Below are positions 12,019 through 26,276 of a stretch of DNA of 64,000 bases, piece by piece. The first letter of the stretch is position 1. The number at the start of each line of letters is the position of its first letter. This stretch comes from Lingula anatina. Lineage: Eukaryota > Animalia > Brachiopoda. Made by a program: the position numbers and the translations under genes. Under the pieces are notes generated by a model. It was not told the DNA's origin. It did no database searches and saw only the letters and a program-made list of their open reading frames with translations. The stretch spans positions 194,954-258,953 of the forward strand of contig CM120644.1 of the NCBI GenBank assembly GCA_051362555.1, in the 5' to 3' direction.

Positions 12019-14148
12019 TATATAATTGTTTTCTTCAGCAGTCGAATCTTGCTCTCTGGACTCCTTCAATAATGTATGTGTCCGATGTCTAATACAAACG
12101 ACATTGAGGATCGCATTCAAACTGTTGAGGAGGAACCAGCAGGCAGAAAATGAATTGGTTTAATTGCAGAAAAAAAGGGTCTAGACCTAAATACTTAATA
12201 TTGCTGTTTAGATCATCATTTTGATGATGTAAAGCTGGGTGAAAGCACTTTTGTTCTGGTGCTAGAGGAATTATACAGGACTCTTTGGGAATCTCTTTGG
12301 GAAACATACGCCCTAAAGGACTCTTTGAGATTGCTGGCCAATTTCCGCTAGGGTGACCATTTCTCTATCATCTCCCTCACTTCTCACTTTGTTATTTAAT
12401 GTAGGAGACTTTAACAAGGCCGGCAGATCGTGTCGTATGTTACGTATCTGGAAATAATTGCCTGCATTATATTAATCCCCAGCATATTTGACACCCGAGG
12501 AGAGCGAGAGGCAGATACCTGTGTTTTTTATATTCCAGATTATTCGAAATTATTTTAAGTATACATAAAGTGAATGATTTTGCCGGACAAATGATTCTCG
12601 TCAGGATATGGCGTCCTTGATGAGGTCTATTATCACTTTATTTCACCATGATTAACTGAACGATTTCTAGCTCTATTCATGTTTGCATGCACTTTGTTGG
12701 CATAAGCCATAATGCGGCTAATCTTAGGCTGCTCCCGGCTGTAAACACCAGATATATTTATATATACTGGAGTCACAATGGTATGTCAGTTCAAAGAGAA
12801 GCTGTACATAAGCACAGTAGTTAATGAACACAGTACCATGAGATTGGTGCGTCATTTTTGTATCAACTACCAAAATGCCACTGAAATTGTATAAGGTGAG
12901 AAGGGTCGCATATTCCTTTCCATGATCCGTGAATTAAGAGAACATATCAAAACTAGGCACGCATTCCTTACTCTAACCCCTATAATACCACTGGGGCGCA
13001 CCAGCCACCCTGTAATGAGAAAAATTCTGGCATGTTGTCGGGGTCATCCGGGATCAAGTGGGCCAGAATTCTCCGTGTTTGCCCCTCTTCCAGATGGCAG
13101 GGTTCAGGCAAGTGCTCCAAGTGGATGGAAACAGGTGGAACTTCGTCTTACCATCACTGTTACGAACTCCAAACTATCGAACGAACTTGAGTATTCTACG
13201 TAGTCTATAGTTAAGTGTAGTGTAATTTTGTTAAATAGAATGTTTGACAAAAAGTACGCATTTTGAGGCATTATAGCTCATCTTTTTGGCCCTCAGTATC
13301 TTCACATCATTTTTTGATTGTAGAAGTTAATCAGCTAAGCCGGCCTCATAGAAAATACTTTGTTTCTGCCATATACTTTTTTATGGAGTATGTTTTGATT
13401 ATATCAAATGACGTTGTTGATGAAAGTTTACAAGTACGACACGGCAGAACAGAAGTCAAACCAAAAATACATACTTACCAAGAAATGGAGCTAGGTTTAT
13501 AAATTACGAAAGGAAAACACTGTATGTTTTTTCATATCTTAAAACAAAAACTAATAACCTCCAGACACGTATTCAATTCCCCAGTGTATAGAGGCGATTC
13601 CAATCCAGTGTATAGAGGTGATTCCAATATACATTAGGAGGGAATGGAGGGAAATCAGAGAATTTATAGAGAGAGGAGAGTTCTGAAAAAATGAAGAGAA
13701 AATCTTTTTTTTTATACCACTGTTTCGATGTGCTTCCCAAGTGCCCCAACCTTTCAAGAACGCGCATCTGTCCTTTAAGAAACCTGATGGAGGCCACATT
13801 ACGCCGTTTACATGGATAATTGGGTGTCTGTAGAGATTTTCTCCGGGGTCCAACAGGCAAATATCGCGTTGAGGCGTCGCTATTGACAAGCGACTTAATT
13901 AATGGCTACATTGGAGCAGATGGAAAGTGTTCTGACCTTTAGGTCCTGTGAAATTACTCTAGATCCGTGTAATATGGGCTGATAAATCTAAAAGAACTCG
14001 GAAATTGGACAAAGTTAGTCCTCCCGTGCAGGCTGCTGGCGTATGTTTTCTATTATAGAAATCGTGAAATCGATCGAAGTGTCAACATCGGGAAAATGAG
14101 CGTGATATAATCTTCGCTTTGGGAATCGTGCTCTGATGGGGCTAGATA

Positions 14149-14219
14149 GTGTGTGTGCATGTTCGTGTACGTGTGTGTGTGTGTGTGTGTGTGTGTGAGT
14201 GCAAACGTGTGAATGTCCG

Positions 14220-14287
<68 letters not shown>

Positions 14288-14365
14288 TGCAAACGTGTGA
14301 GTGTCCACGTGTATATATGTGTGTGCGTGCGCGCACGCACGCGAGTGTGTGCATGTTTGTGTGTA
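14149..14365. repeat. (GT)n/(GA)n compound microsatellite
   Basis: Directly visible dinucleotide tracts. Confidence 0.9.
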
Positions 14366-14430
14366 CAAGCGTCACCAGAACACACAGCCCGTACCTGTCA
14401 GATCATGAGGTACCTGATTACCTTCGCCGT

Positions 14431-14515
14431 GTATTCTCTATCACCTACCCAATATTCTCTATCACGTACCCAGTATTCTCTACCACCTACCCAGTATTCT
14501 CTATCACCTACCCAG
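14431..14515. repeat. 21-bp tandem repeat, about 4 copies
   Basis: Unit GTATTCTCTATCACCTACCCA. Confidence 0.85.
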
Positions 14516-17500
14516 TTAGATGATTATGCCTTCATCACAACGTATAGACACAACGTCGGCAACACATGTACCCCTGTCAAAATCAAAATGCCCGCCCTGG
14601 GAAAAATGTTGATCGCTTTGATATGATAATATCCCCGCACTCTCCTCTCCACGCATGCGCCAGCTGATACATCCCTAACGCACCCTCCTGCTCAGTGAGC
14701 TAGCACAGCTCAGGGCGGCTGGCTTATTGGATTGCTCGCTATTGGAGACCACGTAATAGAATTAGTATAGAACACAGGCTATATGTCATGTAAAGTAACG
14801 AGTTTCTTGTCATATCGAGAGTTATTCCTAGGAAACTATTGTGGGCTCGGCATTCTGCTGCAGTGGCTGTTAGAGTTCAGGGATATTATTAAAGGAATTA
14901 AAAGCCGAGCAGACGCAGGTAAGTTAAAGCATTACCAAAGAAAGAAAAGAAAAGAAAGGAAAAAAGGCCTCTAAGAGGGCGAAGCGATATTCTGTAGGGT
15001 TAACCGTCATTTATAAATCTTTCCTGATATTTTTTTATCTCTCATCCCTCATGCGTCCTGTCTTCTCACGCGTTCCAAGCCGGCGTGTAGTGAATCAGTT
15101 TGGTGAATACATTGTGGTCGTGTTATTAAACTAAGTATTTACCTTAATATTTCTGTCATACACACTACATTCATAATATGGTTTATTAGAGGGAGTGCAT
15201 ATATTTGTAGGATCTGTGCTATCCTACCACCTATCACTGATAATCATACAACGCAGATGTGTAGTTCCGAAAAAATGTTAAAATTAAATTTAATCACTTA
15301 ATTTTAAAAAATGACTTTTATCTTATAAGGTTACCTCTTCTGTCCTGTACTTACTTTGTCGCTTATCACCTTGTAACGTTCCCCCAGGTATCTATAACGA
15401 GCCCCCGGGTATCTATAACGAGCCCCCGGGTATCTATAAGCAACACCAAGCAGGGTTTCTAAAACCAACACCCAGGGTATCTAGTTCAATGTCAAATGAC
15501 GTCGGACACCAAACCCCACCGTAAGCCATTTATAAGATTGCATAGTGAAGAATCCAGACTGAGTGCAACAAAGCAAGTTGTTTTATTCCAGTATTTCTCT
15601 GTGAAATCAGTAGAATTTTGATCTCAATTTAACACCTATGTCAGTATTTTACTTGGAAATGTGCGTTTTTTATATACATGTGCGCTATCGTTGCATTTCA
15701 TGTACCTGTCCATACATACCTAGAGATATTACACTCTCACACCAAGGTGCTCTAGTTGTATGTTACAACATTATTGTATTGCTAATACTTTAATATGTAA
15801 ACTTTTTTTAACAGGCGGCAATATACGCTTTAGGGGTATTTTTCAGTTAAATGCGAGTACTTTCTCTCAGTATGTATACCAAATAATCCACTGGCACCCT
15901 CTCACTGACAGTCATGGTGTTCTCGCACACGTAGAGCTAGCCATTTACAATAGAACTGTTTCCTAGATGTATTGTAGCATAGAGAAGTCAATTAAAGCAA
16001 ACGGATCACAAGTCTCGCTCTAGTTTGACTCAAGTCACTGCTAACTTCAACATCAAAGGAAATCAATGTGGAAAGGAGAGAACTGACCCTAGGAGGTGAC
16101 TAATAAAAGCCCAAACGCCTGGCTTTGGACAACAAGCGGCAGTCAAGCAGATCTAGCGTCAGTGATCAGTACACTGAGAATGGTGCCTGGGGAAGTTGTT
16201 AGGCTGTTGTCTGTAACGTTACAGACCAGATATAATTAACGTACACCTCACTGCCTGCCCAGTTCCACAGTGGCTCTCTACTTCTGTCTGGCTGAGAACC
16301 CTGGCCAATTACAACTGGTTTATGAAATTAACAACTTATCACTTTGAATACATTTATCGTTCATTCTATTGAGAAATGTACACCACATGTACTGCCATGC
16401 CTTCAGTTCTGCCTGCACCAATTATCACTTACACAATGTTAATAATCTTTAATGCAGGAATAATTGATTGATTGCAACCACCCCCTCTGAAATACCCTGA
16501 CCAGCGGTTCTGATGGCCTTTAGTTGGATTACAGAGTTATTGCAATGCAGCGGTGCCGGGTTGGGTGGGTGGGTGGGTGGGGGGGAGGTATGGGGAGGGA
16601 AGGAGGGTTACAGGGAGGAGGTGCAATCAAATCCTAGGCTTAATTAAATAGGCCTTAACCCGTTAAAAGCATTACTTAAATTTAAAAGAAATATTGTGCT
16701 ATCGGCAAACTATTAAACACGTGGAAACCCGCTGTTCAGAAGGTTAAAATAAAGATATAAAACCAGTCCGTACAGATCCACATACTCCTCACTGCCGAGA
16801 TTACGATGTGTCTGCACTTTGTGCCGCGACAGACAATGATGCGTCAGTATTGTACTGCGGAAATGATGTTTCTTATATCTTGTATGCCAGAATATACAGT
16901 ATCGACTGATAAGATTTCATGGAGGTTTTGACGCTGTTCATTTAGACCTGAATACATTTCTCAAAAATTAGCATCCAGTGCTCTTCTCAAAGATTTGTTT
17001 GTTCCATGTTAGAATAAAACTCAATCCCAATGGCTTATCTTTAACTCAGCCGACTGCATTAAGCTGTATTCGTGGTGTAAATTAGAGCGTTTTACGAACT
17101 ATTGCATCTCATGACGTGAAGCTAACGTAATTTGCTGTTTTTATAAGTAAGTAGGAGTAAAACAAAGTGTTAAGGCAGTTAAAATTTGGTCCACTAGTTT
17201 TGTGTCACTGCATTGATTTTAAAACATGAAAATTGCTAGTTAAGATTTACACTGAAATCTTCTTAGTCTGTACAAGGCAGGAGATACTATGCACTCACAC
17301 TCTCGTGGTAGATTCATTGAATGCTCATAGAAAGCTGATTTTCGACGTCTTTGTGAAACAGCACAATGGCTCCAAAAGTCTTTACATTTTAATGGAGCTC
17401 TACTCAATAAAGACAAAGTTATTTCTCTACTTAATATAGACAAAGATATTACTCTACTCAACACAGACAAAGGTATTGCCTTAGGTAAAGACAAGTTGTC

Positions 17501-18175
17501 GACTACAATTCTTTTTTTTTCAAACAAAATCTGCGATGCGTGTGTTTCTAATGATCTTGAAGTTCTTTGATTGCTGGTTGCCGGCACGCAACTATTTTTA
17601 TAGTTAAAACATCATCACGTTAAACATTAACCACGACACGCCAATCTTCAACATTAAGACATGTCACATTGGCCGCGCTGTCTTTTCTTACTTATACAAT
17701 CGCCTATAGTTAGCAAGACCTAAAACCAAGGCTATCCAGCGACGATCTAATGGAATTAATGTATCTCTGAGAATTGGCTTCCTGCCGGCAGACGCAGACA
17801 CCTGCACCTGGGCAGCGGGACGTCTGTAGGTATATCGCAGTGATTAAGGAATGCTCTTACTGATCTGCTATGTTGATGTACTTGAAGACGTGGTGTGTTT
17901 TTTCATACACAGTGTATATTTCCCTCAGTCAGCTGAAGCTGTCAGGAAGTCAGGTCAGGATGACCTAGGAACAACATAATTGTCTCATTTCTTTGCTTTT
18001 TAAAACACGAAGAAAACAACTGAAGCATAAGGTACATTGTAGTCACTAGCTTAGTGACCAGGTCTCTGAGTGATTCATCCCAGGGGTGGATTCTTAGAGG
18101 AAGGGGGGTGATCCATGTACCTCTAACTGAGCGAAATACACTTGTGTTTTGATCAAAAGAGCAACCTTTTACCTA

Positions 18176-18776
18176 CCCAGCAGGCATAGTTGCGTTGGAT
18201 CAACGTTGAAAACAGGTCGATACGTTGAATTGCCGTTGATCTACCTAAATTCAAAGTAAAATCAACGTTGATCCAGCCACGTCGAAACACCGTCATAATG
18301 TGACCTTGACTCAACGTTGTATTTTGGTCAATGACACAACCTTGCAGTTATGGATTGTAATTTAAAATATTAATAATTGAAAACGTGATACTTTGTTTAT
18401 CAATACTGTAACAAAATTTATCAAAAGAATAACAAAAGGGTTTTAAAGTAAAAGTGACAGTTGTTTTGTGTCTTTAGTTAACTAGTGAATTTTCTTAACT
18501 TGTTATTCAGAAATACGTACGTATAGGAGCAAAATAAAAAAAGAATTATAATAATCGGATTACAATTTACAAAGATATAGCCAATTATATGTTAAAAAAG
18601 TACCTATTTTTAGCTGTTACGGTGGGTCATTTGCGGGACATTCCAATAAACTGAATACCTTGCAAGGTCAGCTAACACTAGGATGAATAAGTTGCTGTAA
18701 ATGTGATAAATGTGATGGAGTTAACAGTTCTTGGTAACCTGTTATAGATAGACAGGTTGAGGTGACTGTGACTTTG

Positions 18777-18822
<46 letters not shown>

Positions 18823-19139
18823 TTGTAGTTATCTTCTTATATATATATAATATTTCTTATATATATATATATATATAAAGAACTTTATAGGGCCTATATA
18901 ATCTAAACCTTGGAAATTTATACCCCACATATATTTAGCCATCAAACATGTCCTACTGCTAAACACATCCAGGCTAATTTCCTGTTGGGTGGGGTTGATA
19001 TAACATTGTTTTCTGACGTTGATACAACGTTGTTATCTGAGGTTGACACAACTTTCAAATTCAACGTTTATCTAATGTCTTCTCAACGTTATGGTTCAAC
19101 ATTGTTTCAACGTTAAAACAACATAATTTGCCTGCTGGG
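18176..19139. mobile_element. Non-autonomous DNA transposon (CMC/EnSpm-like), internal (TA)n tract
   Basis: TIR CCCAGCAGGCA ... TGCCTGCTGGG flanked by TA on both sides. Many subterminal CAACGTTG/TCAACG repeats at both ends. Confidence 0.75.
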
Positions 19140-22100
19140 TAGACCCTTAACGTATCTTCTAACTACATGCCTTATAAACCTATCTTACACATGCAGACCT
19201 TATTATCAAAATTGCCGATTTTGACATTGACCCGCTAATTTGCTACTGCGAACGCCGAATATGTGCATCTAGAGACAGGATGGGGAAATCAGAAACATCT
19301 CCAGACATGGGGCTTAATGATTGAGGAACCTCTTCGAATCGAATGGACTGATTATCTTATTCTATTTACCCTTAATGCCTTAAACCCGTTTCATCTTAAC
19401 TTCCACTCCCTTAAAATTATCTTAATGCATTAACATGCTGAACGTTTGCCCACACTCGCTATTATAAGCCGCAATGAGTGGTTTCGAATTTCGCAATATA
19501 ATATCTATAACTGATGAAATCTATAAAGAATAAGAGTCACACTATAAAGTCTCCTATGCTTGTGTTAAAATATTTAAACATTCATCAGCACACTTTCATA
19601 ACAAGAAATGATATTTAATAAAAAAAGAGCAAAAACAACACTTGCTGACATTATAACAGAGAGGATAATCATGTACGTTTTCTACAAAAATGAGAGAGTT
19701 TTGATTGAATCAATCTCAGAACAGCGAACATTCTACTTCTCTTTAGTATATTAAGATTTAAGGAAATTAAACCAACATTTTCTGGTTTCACCTACACTTT
19801 TTGCATCCTAGGTCGGTAAACAACCAGTCCTAATTATGTACTGAACAACTATTTATATAATGTGGCATGGTTTCTTTTATGCATGATACAAACTTATATT
19901 TCGTGTTTAGGTGAAAAAGATTCTTATTTCTCCCTTATTTTCAGGTGAATATATAAAAAATTAAATATGTAAAGATAAGAAGAATATGAATGTCGTAAAA
20001 AACGAGTTAACGAGTTAAAAAAAAAACTTTTTTTGCAATTTTCGTTCCAACTGGCAATACTGTCAATACCGTTAATACTGGGAGCTTGTGATTATACATA
20101 ATACGTACTTTGTCTACGTTTTCATCGCGTATAGACTCGTATTGATCGGTGCATACTTTCCATTCACTCTATCTAAATTGGTCTACCGTAAGAAGCCATA
20201 AACGCTGCTTAAATGAAAGATCTTAGGACGCTCGAGTGATTCGCAAACTAATGAAATAATGCCTAAATTGGCACACAAAACAATGGAAGTTTCCCGACTC
20301 TCAGTCTTCGATGTTTCTGTTATTGATCCCATAATATTCTTTATTATCTTTCTTTTTATGTTACGATTTCGGTTCCCATATATGACAAGTCCATGCTTAA
20401 ATATGATGTAGTTAATTTACCGTTCTACGGTCTTTGCTTAATGTGATAAAACCAATGCATTCTCAATACATTATAGAAATTATACCAGTTCACATGCTGG
20501 GGAAGATACAGAGAAAACCATGCGGTGATGTTGGATGTGGAACACATTCAATCTGTCTTTTAAAACTTTTAATCACTTCTGTATTTCTTCTCCACATTGC
20601 GATACTTAAAACGCAGAAGTTACTGTTAATAGCAATGAAACAGCAACTTGCAGACGATGATTGCCCCGCGTCTGCTTTGGGCTTGTCGGTTTATTCTTCG
20701 TTAAGTGTGTTTCACTTCATGATTACAAAACGCTGTCCAAACACTTGGCAGCTTGGTCAGGTCAGTCATGTACCCTTCCGTATTTTGGCCATGTATTTCC
20801 CATTTAAAACCGGTGGTACAAACGGTCAAGCACTTAAGACGCAGGGCAATGCTTCATCTACTTGATTTCTTTACAGCTGACTAACTGACGTTAGGTCTGA
20901 ATGTGACGTCAACTCATTTTCGGTACCTGGATGAGAATAAAGGATTACATTATCCCTTAACAACTATATACATCTCTAAAACCAAGAACAGTTGTAAGAT
21001 AAAACTACTGTGAATGGCAGGTTGTCTTCTTCTGCATCCTTGTTTACTGCTGTCAGTGTCTTTCTTGCTTTTTTAAACATGTCTTGGCTTCTGGTAGAAA
21101 TATATCTTCTAAGACCTCTAATATATGATCAGTTTATAAGCTTTCATTGTCACTACCACCGCCACCATACTGAAACTATATCTGAAAGCTAAGCAGACCC
21201 CAATGAACAAACGGTACATGACAAAGATTTTTTATGAATTAAGATATAATGTTCATATTGCTATCATGTGTGTTTAATGCCCCTGGCAGTTGTCCCAAAG
21301 TGATAATTAATCAACTGGAAAGAGTCTATAGCAGTCAGCATGAAGACTGAACGCTTGAGATCCCCGCCACTGTCTATCCATAGTATATTATAGAGTTATT
21401 GTATTGGATACAACTTGGCCATAATACCAACTGCTTCGTCAGAACAGGGAATTATATCCGATATAATTCCCTGGTCAGAACTAATATGTGCTGGAGGCAA
21501 TTCAATAAGGTAGCGCCAAGTGAAATTTTGTTGAATTATGCTGGCAACCTTATAAGGACTTCTCCCTCAGCTTAAATGTTAAGAGCCATTGGTGTCGCCC
21601 GTCATAGGAAAAGCTTTACGTCAGTGTTTTCAGATTTTGCTTGATAGAAAAGAAGGTTATAAAATAGAAATGAAAGTTAAGGGTATACAATTTATACTCC
21701 TATACATGTAGTTGCGCTCTGGCATTTGAAAATACCAGTGTACGCTTTGCTTAATTATTTATTCATTTATTTTTTGGAGTACATTTTACAATAACTATGA
21801 CCTAACAATATATTATGTAACTTAGGTAATAAAACTACTCCAACGTTAAAAAAAGATTTACGCAAACATTTCTTTCAAACATTATCTTCATTACAGTATA
21901 CGTGTATGGTTATTTACCTTAGTTACTGAGGTGGTGTTTTCTTCACATTATTGTTTAGAATATTAATCTTCGTTTGATGCATATCGTATTATAATGGGAG
22001 ACGTTCTCATTGTTTCAAGTCAGCTGGTTGATGTAGGGCCTAGTTCTAAACCTTCCCTATGCATTTTGTGAATGAGGCATTTCAGCAGAGAATATATTTC

Positions 22101-23936
22101 ATTTTCAACTTCTTCGTTGGTTTTCTAAATCTTGCTCCCCTTTTCTTAATTTTGCAATGTTTTCATGTTGTATGCTCGTCTTGGCGCTGTCCTGTATGTT
22201 TCATATTCTTAATTTTTTAAAATTACTTATACGTACACAGATTGCTATTTTCCCTTTCAAATGCTTTGAAGAACAATAAATTATAGTGGCTGTCATATAT
22301 ATTTTCTTGATATCTGAAATAAAAATGTTTATTGCTGGGTGCCGATACTGACATTTGTTTCTGCATTTTTTTTCAGATGTTATATCTTCCTCATGAAGCA
22401 ACACCCAGTCATTATTGAGTTCTTAGTAACAGCACAGCACATCACTTCCGGCTCCTGACTGGACCATCTTTACATTGAACTGAGACGTCGAATACATCAC
22501 CACTGTTGTCAACCAATCATCAGTTACAAGTCAGTTACTCAATTGAAAACCTGTAATCCTTTCTTCTTGTCAGCTTCTCCGTTGATTAAAACACCTTCTT
22601 ACCGCGTGATACACCAATTACCGATATCTGTTAAACTGACGACAGTTCCTGCAGAAAAAGCGACGAACGCCGAGGCAGCTTCTAAGGATTCAATGCAATA
22701 AAAAGGAAAGACCTAAATGCTACAACCGTGGATGACATTTTCAAAGTAATTTTGCGCAGGGGAAGTGGCAGCTTCTCTATTATATTTTTGGAACATTCAT
22801 TTACGCATTGCTTCTGTAAAGGAAGGTCGCTCACTTCCACGACAACGAATTTACAAAGTCGGGGAATAGCGGACGAAAGACGAGGTTTTTGGTAGACAGC
22901 AGTTAGACTACAATCGGGACCGTATATGACGTTTTACGACAATGTATCTAAGAGACCCATACAATGATAGAAAACTTTGTAACAGACAGCAGTTACGGTA
23001 CCTCCGCCTCTAGTCCGCCATCACTGGACATCCGTTATAAGATAACAGGAGAGAGGGGCACGTGTGGTAAAACTGTTTAGGAGGACTAACAGGGCACCTG
23101 CAGACTTGGGACATAAGATTTAAATACAAATAACACTGCAGCGGGTCATAAAAGGTCGATAAAATATGAGAAAATTATCATTGACTGTCACAGCGGACAT
23201 TTTCAGCGGCTCTACAAGAAAAACGGCATTAGTTCATTCCTAATCAACCACGATATATATGACTCAACTGTTACATCTACCTGCTCCTGCGTCGTCTCAG
23301 ACACCAAGACTTAAATTACGTCATAGATGTGACATAACTACGTCAACTTCTTTAACTTTATAACTTATTTATTCTTGCTCTCTGAACTTCGAACAGATGT
23401 TGACTGATGGCTATTTAAGAAACTAATCTATTGACTTTAAGGTAGGCAAAAAATTGTTTTCCCTTCATTATCACTTCTGGAAGTCGTGTATATAACAGTG
23501 ATAATATGTAGGGTTCTGTGGATCACCGTATTTGGTATTTTTGTAGGGAAAGCATTGACGATTTCATTTGACGATTTCATAAACTCACATCAGAGGGAAT
23601 TGAGGCCACTTTCATTAATGAACATTGGAGACTAAAACCAGCAATTGACTGGCAGATTTTAATAAAAGGTTTCCCATTTATTACTTCTTTAATGACATTC
23701 CTCACCATGTTGAACAATATCTTATAAAATGGACATCGGCAAGACGTCAGAGCCATCACCAGGATTTTGTTAACCAATGACATGCAGAGTTTACATAGAT
23801 TAACATGGAAAAAGACCTGCAAGTGTACATTATTCAGTAATTGCTCAACACATAGCTCAGTGTACGTTTCTACCGTTACCTTCTGACTGAGAGACAGCAA
23901 TAACTTCTCTAGCTCTGGGAATTTTACACTCGAAGC

Positions 23937-26276
23937 ATGGCAAAACTGCACCATTTTCCTGGGACTGTTCAAAACACGGGTCACATTTCCCTCCAAAACA
24001 GCAGCGGTTCTTCCTGGCTGGGCGGGAACCACACCTCAGTACATGGCCACAAACCGGAACACATCGACGAGGCGTGCTACATGCCAGCAGTGGCCTTCAT
24101 GGCCTTCATCATGGTGACGGGGGCCATAGGAAACACTGTGGTAGTCCTTGTATATGGCGCCAAAAAACATAAGTCCACGGCCAATTACTATATGTTTACC
24201 TTAGGTGTCCTTGACCTCATGGCGTGCCTCGTGCTTCACCCCTATCTCATCTATAAACAGTTCCAAGGCTTTTACCAGACGGACATCGTGCTGTGTAAGA
24301 TATTTGAGTTCCTCTTGCACTCCTCAGTCACCACTCAAGGGTTCGTGCTCACATGCGTCTCCATAGACAGGTTCTACGCCGTGTGTCGACCGATGCAATT
24401 TGCTACCGCCATCAGACGGACGCGAATATTACTGTACGTCAGTATGGTGGTGGGCACGGTGGCCAGTCTCCCCATATTGGAGTTCTATGGCATCCACACC
24501 GTCTATTACCGTCTAGATGGTCATTTTGGCCACGTTCAGGTAGAGGCGTACATGTGTGACTTTAGTGACCGATATCACAATGACATCTCTACCACCATTT
24601 ATAACTCCCTGGAGACCACCGTGTTTGTGGCGTGCTTTGGTCTTGCCTGCTTGATATACACCAAAATTGGAATGTTTCTGCGCCGGCATGAAAAGTTACA
24701 GAAGAGCAGCGTGCGGTCAGTAGAGGATCTTCAGCGCGTGACCGTGCGACGCAAGCATCAGTCGTCCAGCAGTTACAGCAGCGCTGACGTCGACTCTCCG
24801 TTTATCAATCTTAAGAGAACATCGTGGAAGCTTAACTCAACTTCCTCCAACTTCAAACCCCAAGTTAAGCGCCACGCTGCGTTGATGTCTAACGGCACTG
24901 TTACTCCCCCTCTCCCCTCATCACAGGAATTGGAGAACACGCGCCCGACCCCTGCAGGTTACGACACCTCCAATGGGAAAACTATCACGTGCGAAAACAA
25001 TCCAAAACAAATCGAGGTAACTGCAGACTCCAATGGTTATAATACACAGGTTGTAAGAGGCAGAGCTTCGTTCACTTTCTTTCGTTTTCCCTCCATGTCT
25101 AAAAGGAGGCTGGTAAGCGGAAGGGATAAAAGACTCAACTCTAACAAAGTAGAGGACGATACATGTTCCATAGAAAGTTCAGATAATGTTTCAAAGAACA
25201 AACTCATAAAGAACCCAATTCCCGAAACACAAGAGAAACAGTTCGGGACTCGCACGCACACGATGAATGTGCCAGATAAAGGTTCAGAAAAGCCGAATCC
25301 AAATGACAAAGGAAGCGCCACGGAAATGGCTGACGAAAATCGTTTTGTGCCGGGTCGTATAAATAGTGCCCTAAAACGACTTTGTCATAATTCTAGAACA
25401 TCCGTTCCCCAGATTTTGGATAGCAACGATAAACCTGAACACGTTTGTTACGGAGATTTTAAGTGTGAAACAAACGCGGACGTGAATTTTACCCTTCAAG
25501 ATGACACACGTGACTTTGTGGATGAACAATACCGCGAGATCTCGCAAGAAAACGAGAGCGATCAGTCTTACAGAAATATGAGGCAAAGTAATGAATATAA
25601 GGCTCTGTTTCCAAAGGAAATGGCCGGGGTTTTAAACGACCAAGTGTTCATTGAAGAATGTCCTCACAATGCCCATGACGGCGACGTTAGTATTGAGGGC
25701 ACCTTAAAGAAAAGAAACTCTGATTCTGTGCTTGTGAATGGTAGTATAAATAACCTCAGAAGAGAACAAACCTGTGCTTCAATTACTTCGAGCCGTGGCT
25801 GCTGTATTGTTGACAGAGACAAAATCAAGAGAAGAGAAAGTATAAAAACTGACCCTGACTTCACTTTTCTCCAGCCGTGTCCCTTAGATGACGCACAGAA
25901 CGGGTTGAAAAGTCCCTGCAGTGAGCACAGGGCATCCCTAAACAGAACAAACTCCACAACAAAAATCCTCAAGATCAACAAAACTACCAACAAATCTCTT
26001 GGGCCAAGGGGCACGAAGCTTCTGTTCATCATCGCGCTCGTTTTCATCGTGTCTTGGCTGCCATTTTGGTTTTTGAGATTCGCACGCGTGATCAAAGAAG
26101 ACTTCTTGTTAGAGGACTGGTGGCAGCGGATGATAGACCGTTTACTCAACCACCTGTTTTATATCAACAATGCGGTGAACCCAATACTTTATACTTTTAT
26201 TCACTCGAAATTTAAGTACGACTGCAAGAGATTCGTCCGCAGAGTGCGTGCTCTGGGGGGATGCAGGAAACGGTGA
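23937..26276 (+). CDS. Rhodopsin-family (class A) orphan peptide-type GPCR, 779 aa, single coding exon, very long ICL3
   Basis: TM1 GNTVV, TM2 LGVLDL, TM3 LCK...SIDRFYAVCRP, TM5 ...IYTKIG, TM6 FIVSWLPF, TM7 NNAVNPILY, helix 8 F-K. N-terminal N-glycosylation sequons NSS and NHT. Confidence 0.95.
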   Translation: MAKLHHFPGTVQNTGHISLQNSSGSSWLGGNHTSVHGHKPEHIDEACYMPAVAFMAFIMVTGAIGNTVVVLVYGAKKHKSTANYYMFTLGVLDLMACLVLHPYLIYKQFQGFYQTDIVLCKIFEFLLHSSVTTQGFVLTCVSIDRFYAVCRPMQFATAIRRTRILLYVSMVVGTVASLPILEFYGIHTVYYRLDGHFGHVQVEAYMCDFSDRYHNDISTTIYNSLETTVFVACFGLACLIYTKIGMFLRRHEKLQKSSVRSVEDLQRVTVRRKHQSSSSYSSADVDSPFINLKRTSWKLNSTSSNFKPQVKRHAALMSNGTVTPPLPSSQELENTRPTPAGYDTSNGKTITCENNPKQIEVTADSNGYNTQVVRGRASFTFFRFPSMSKRRLVSGRDKRLNSNKVEDDTCSIESSDNVSKNKLIKNPIPETQEKQFGTRTHTMNVPDKGSEKPNPNDKGSATEMADENRFVPGRINSALKRLCHNSRTSVPQILDSNDKPEHVCYGDFKCETNADVNFTLQDDTRDFVDEQYREISQENESDQSYRNMRQSNEYKALFPKEMAGVLNDQVFIEECPHNAHDGDVSIEGTLKKRNSDSVLVNGSINNLRREQTCASITSSRGCCIVDRDKIKRRESIKTDPDFTFLQPCPLDDAQNGLKSPCSEHRASLNRTNSTTKILKINKTTNKSLGPRGTKLLFIIALVFIVSWLPFWFLRFARVIKEDFLLEDWWQRMIDRLLNHLFYINNAVNPILYTFIHSKFKYDCKRFVRRVRALGGCRKR

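Noticed and set aside
11000-12400. Possible decayed retroelement or coding remnant
   Set aside because: The spot translations I tried gave no recognisable RT, endonuclease or host motif.
23577-26149. Antisense and alternate-frame ORFs over the GPCR
   Set aside because: Shadows of the real CDS with no independent features.
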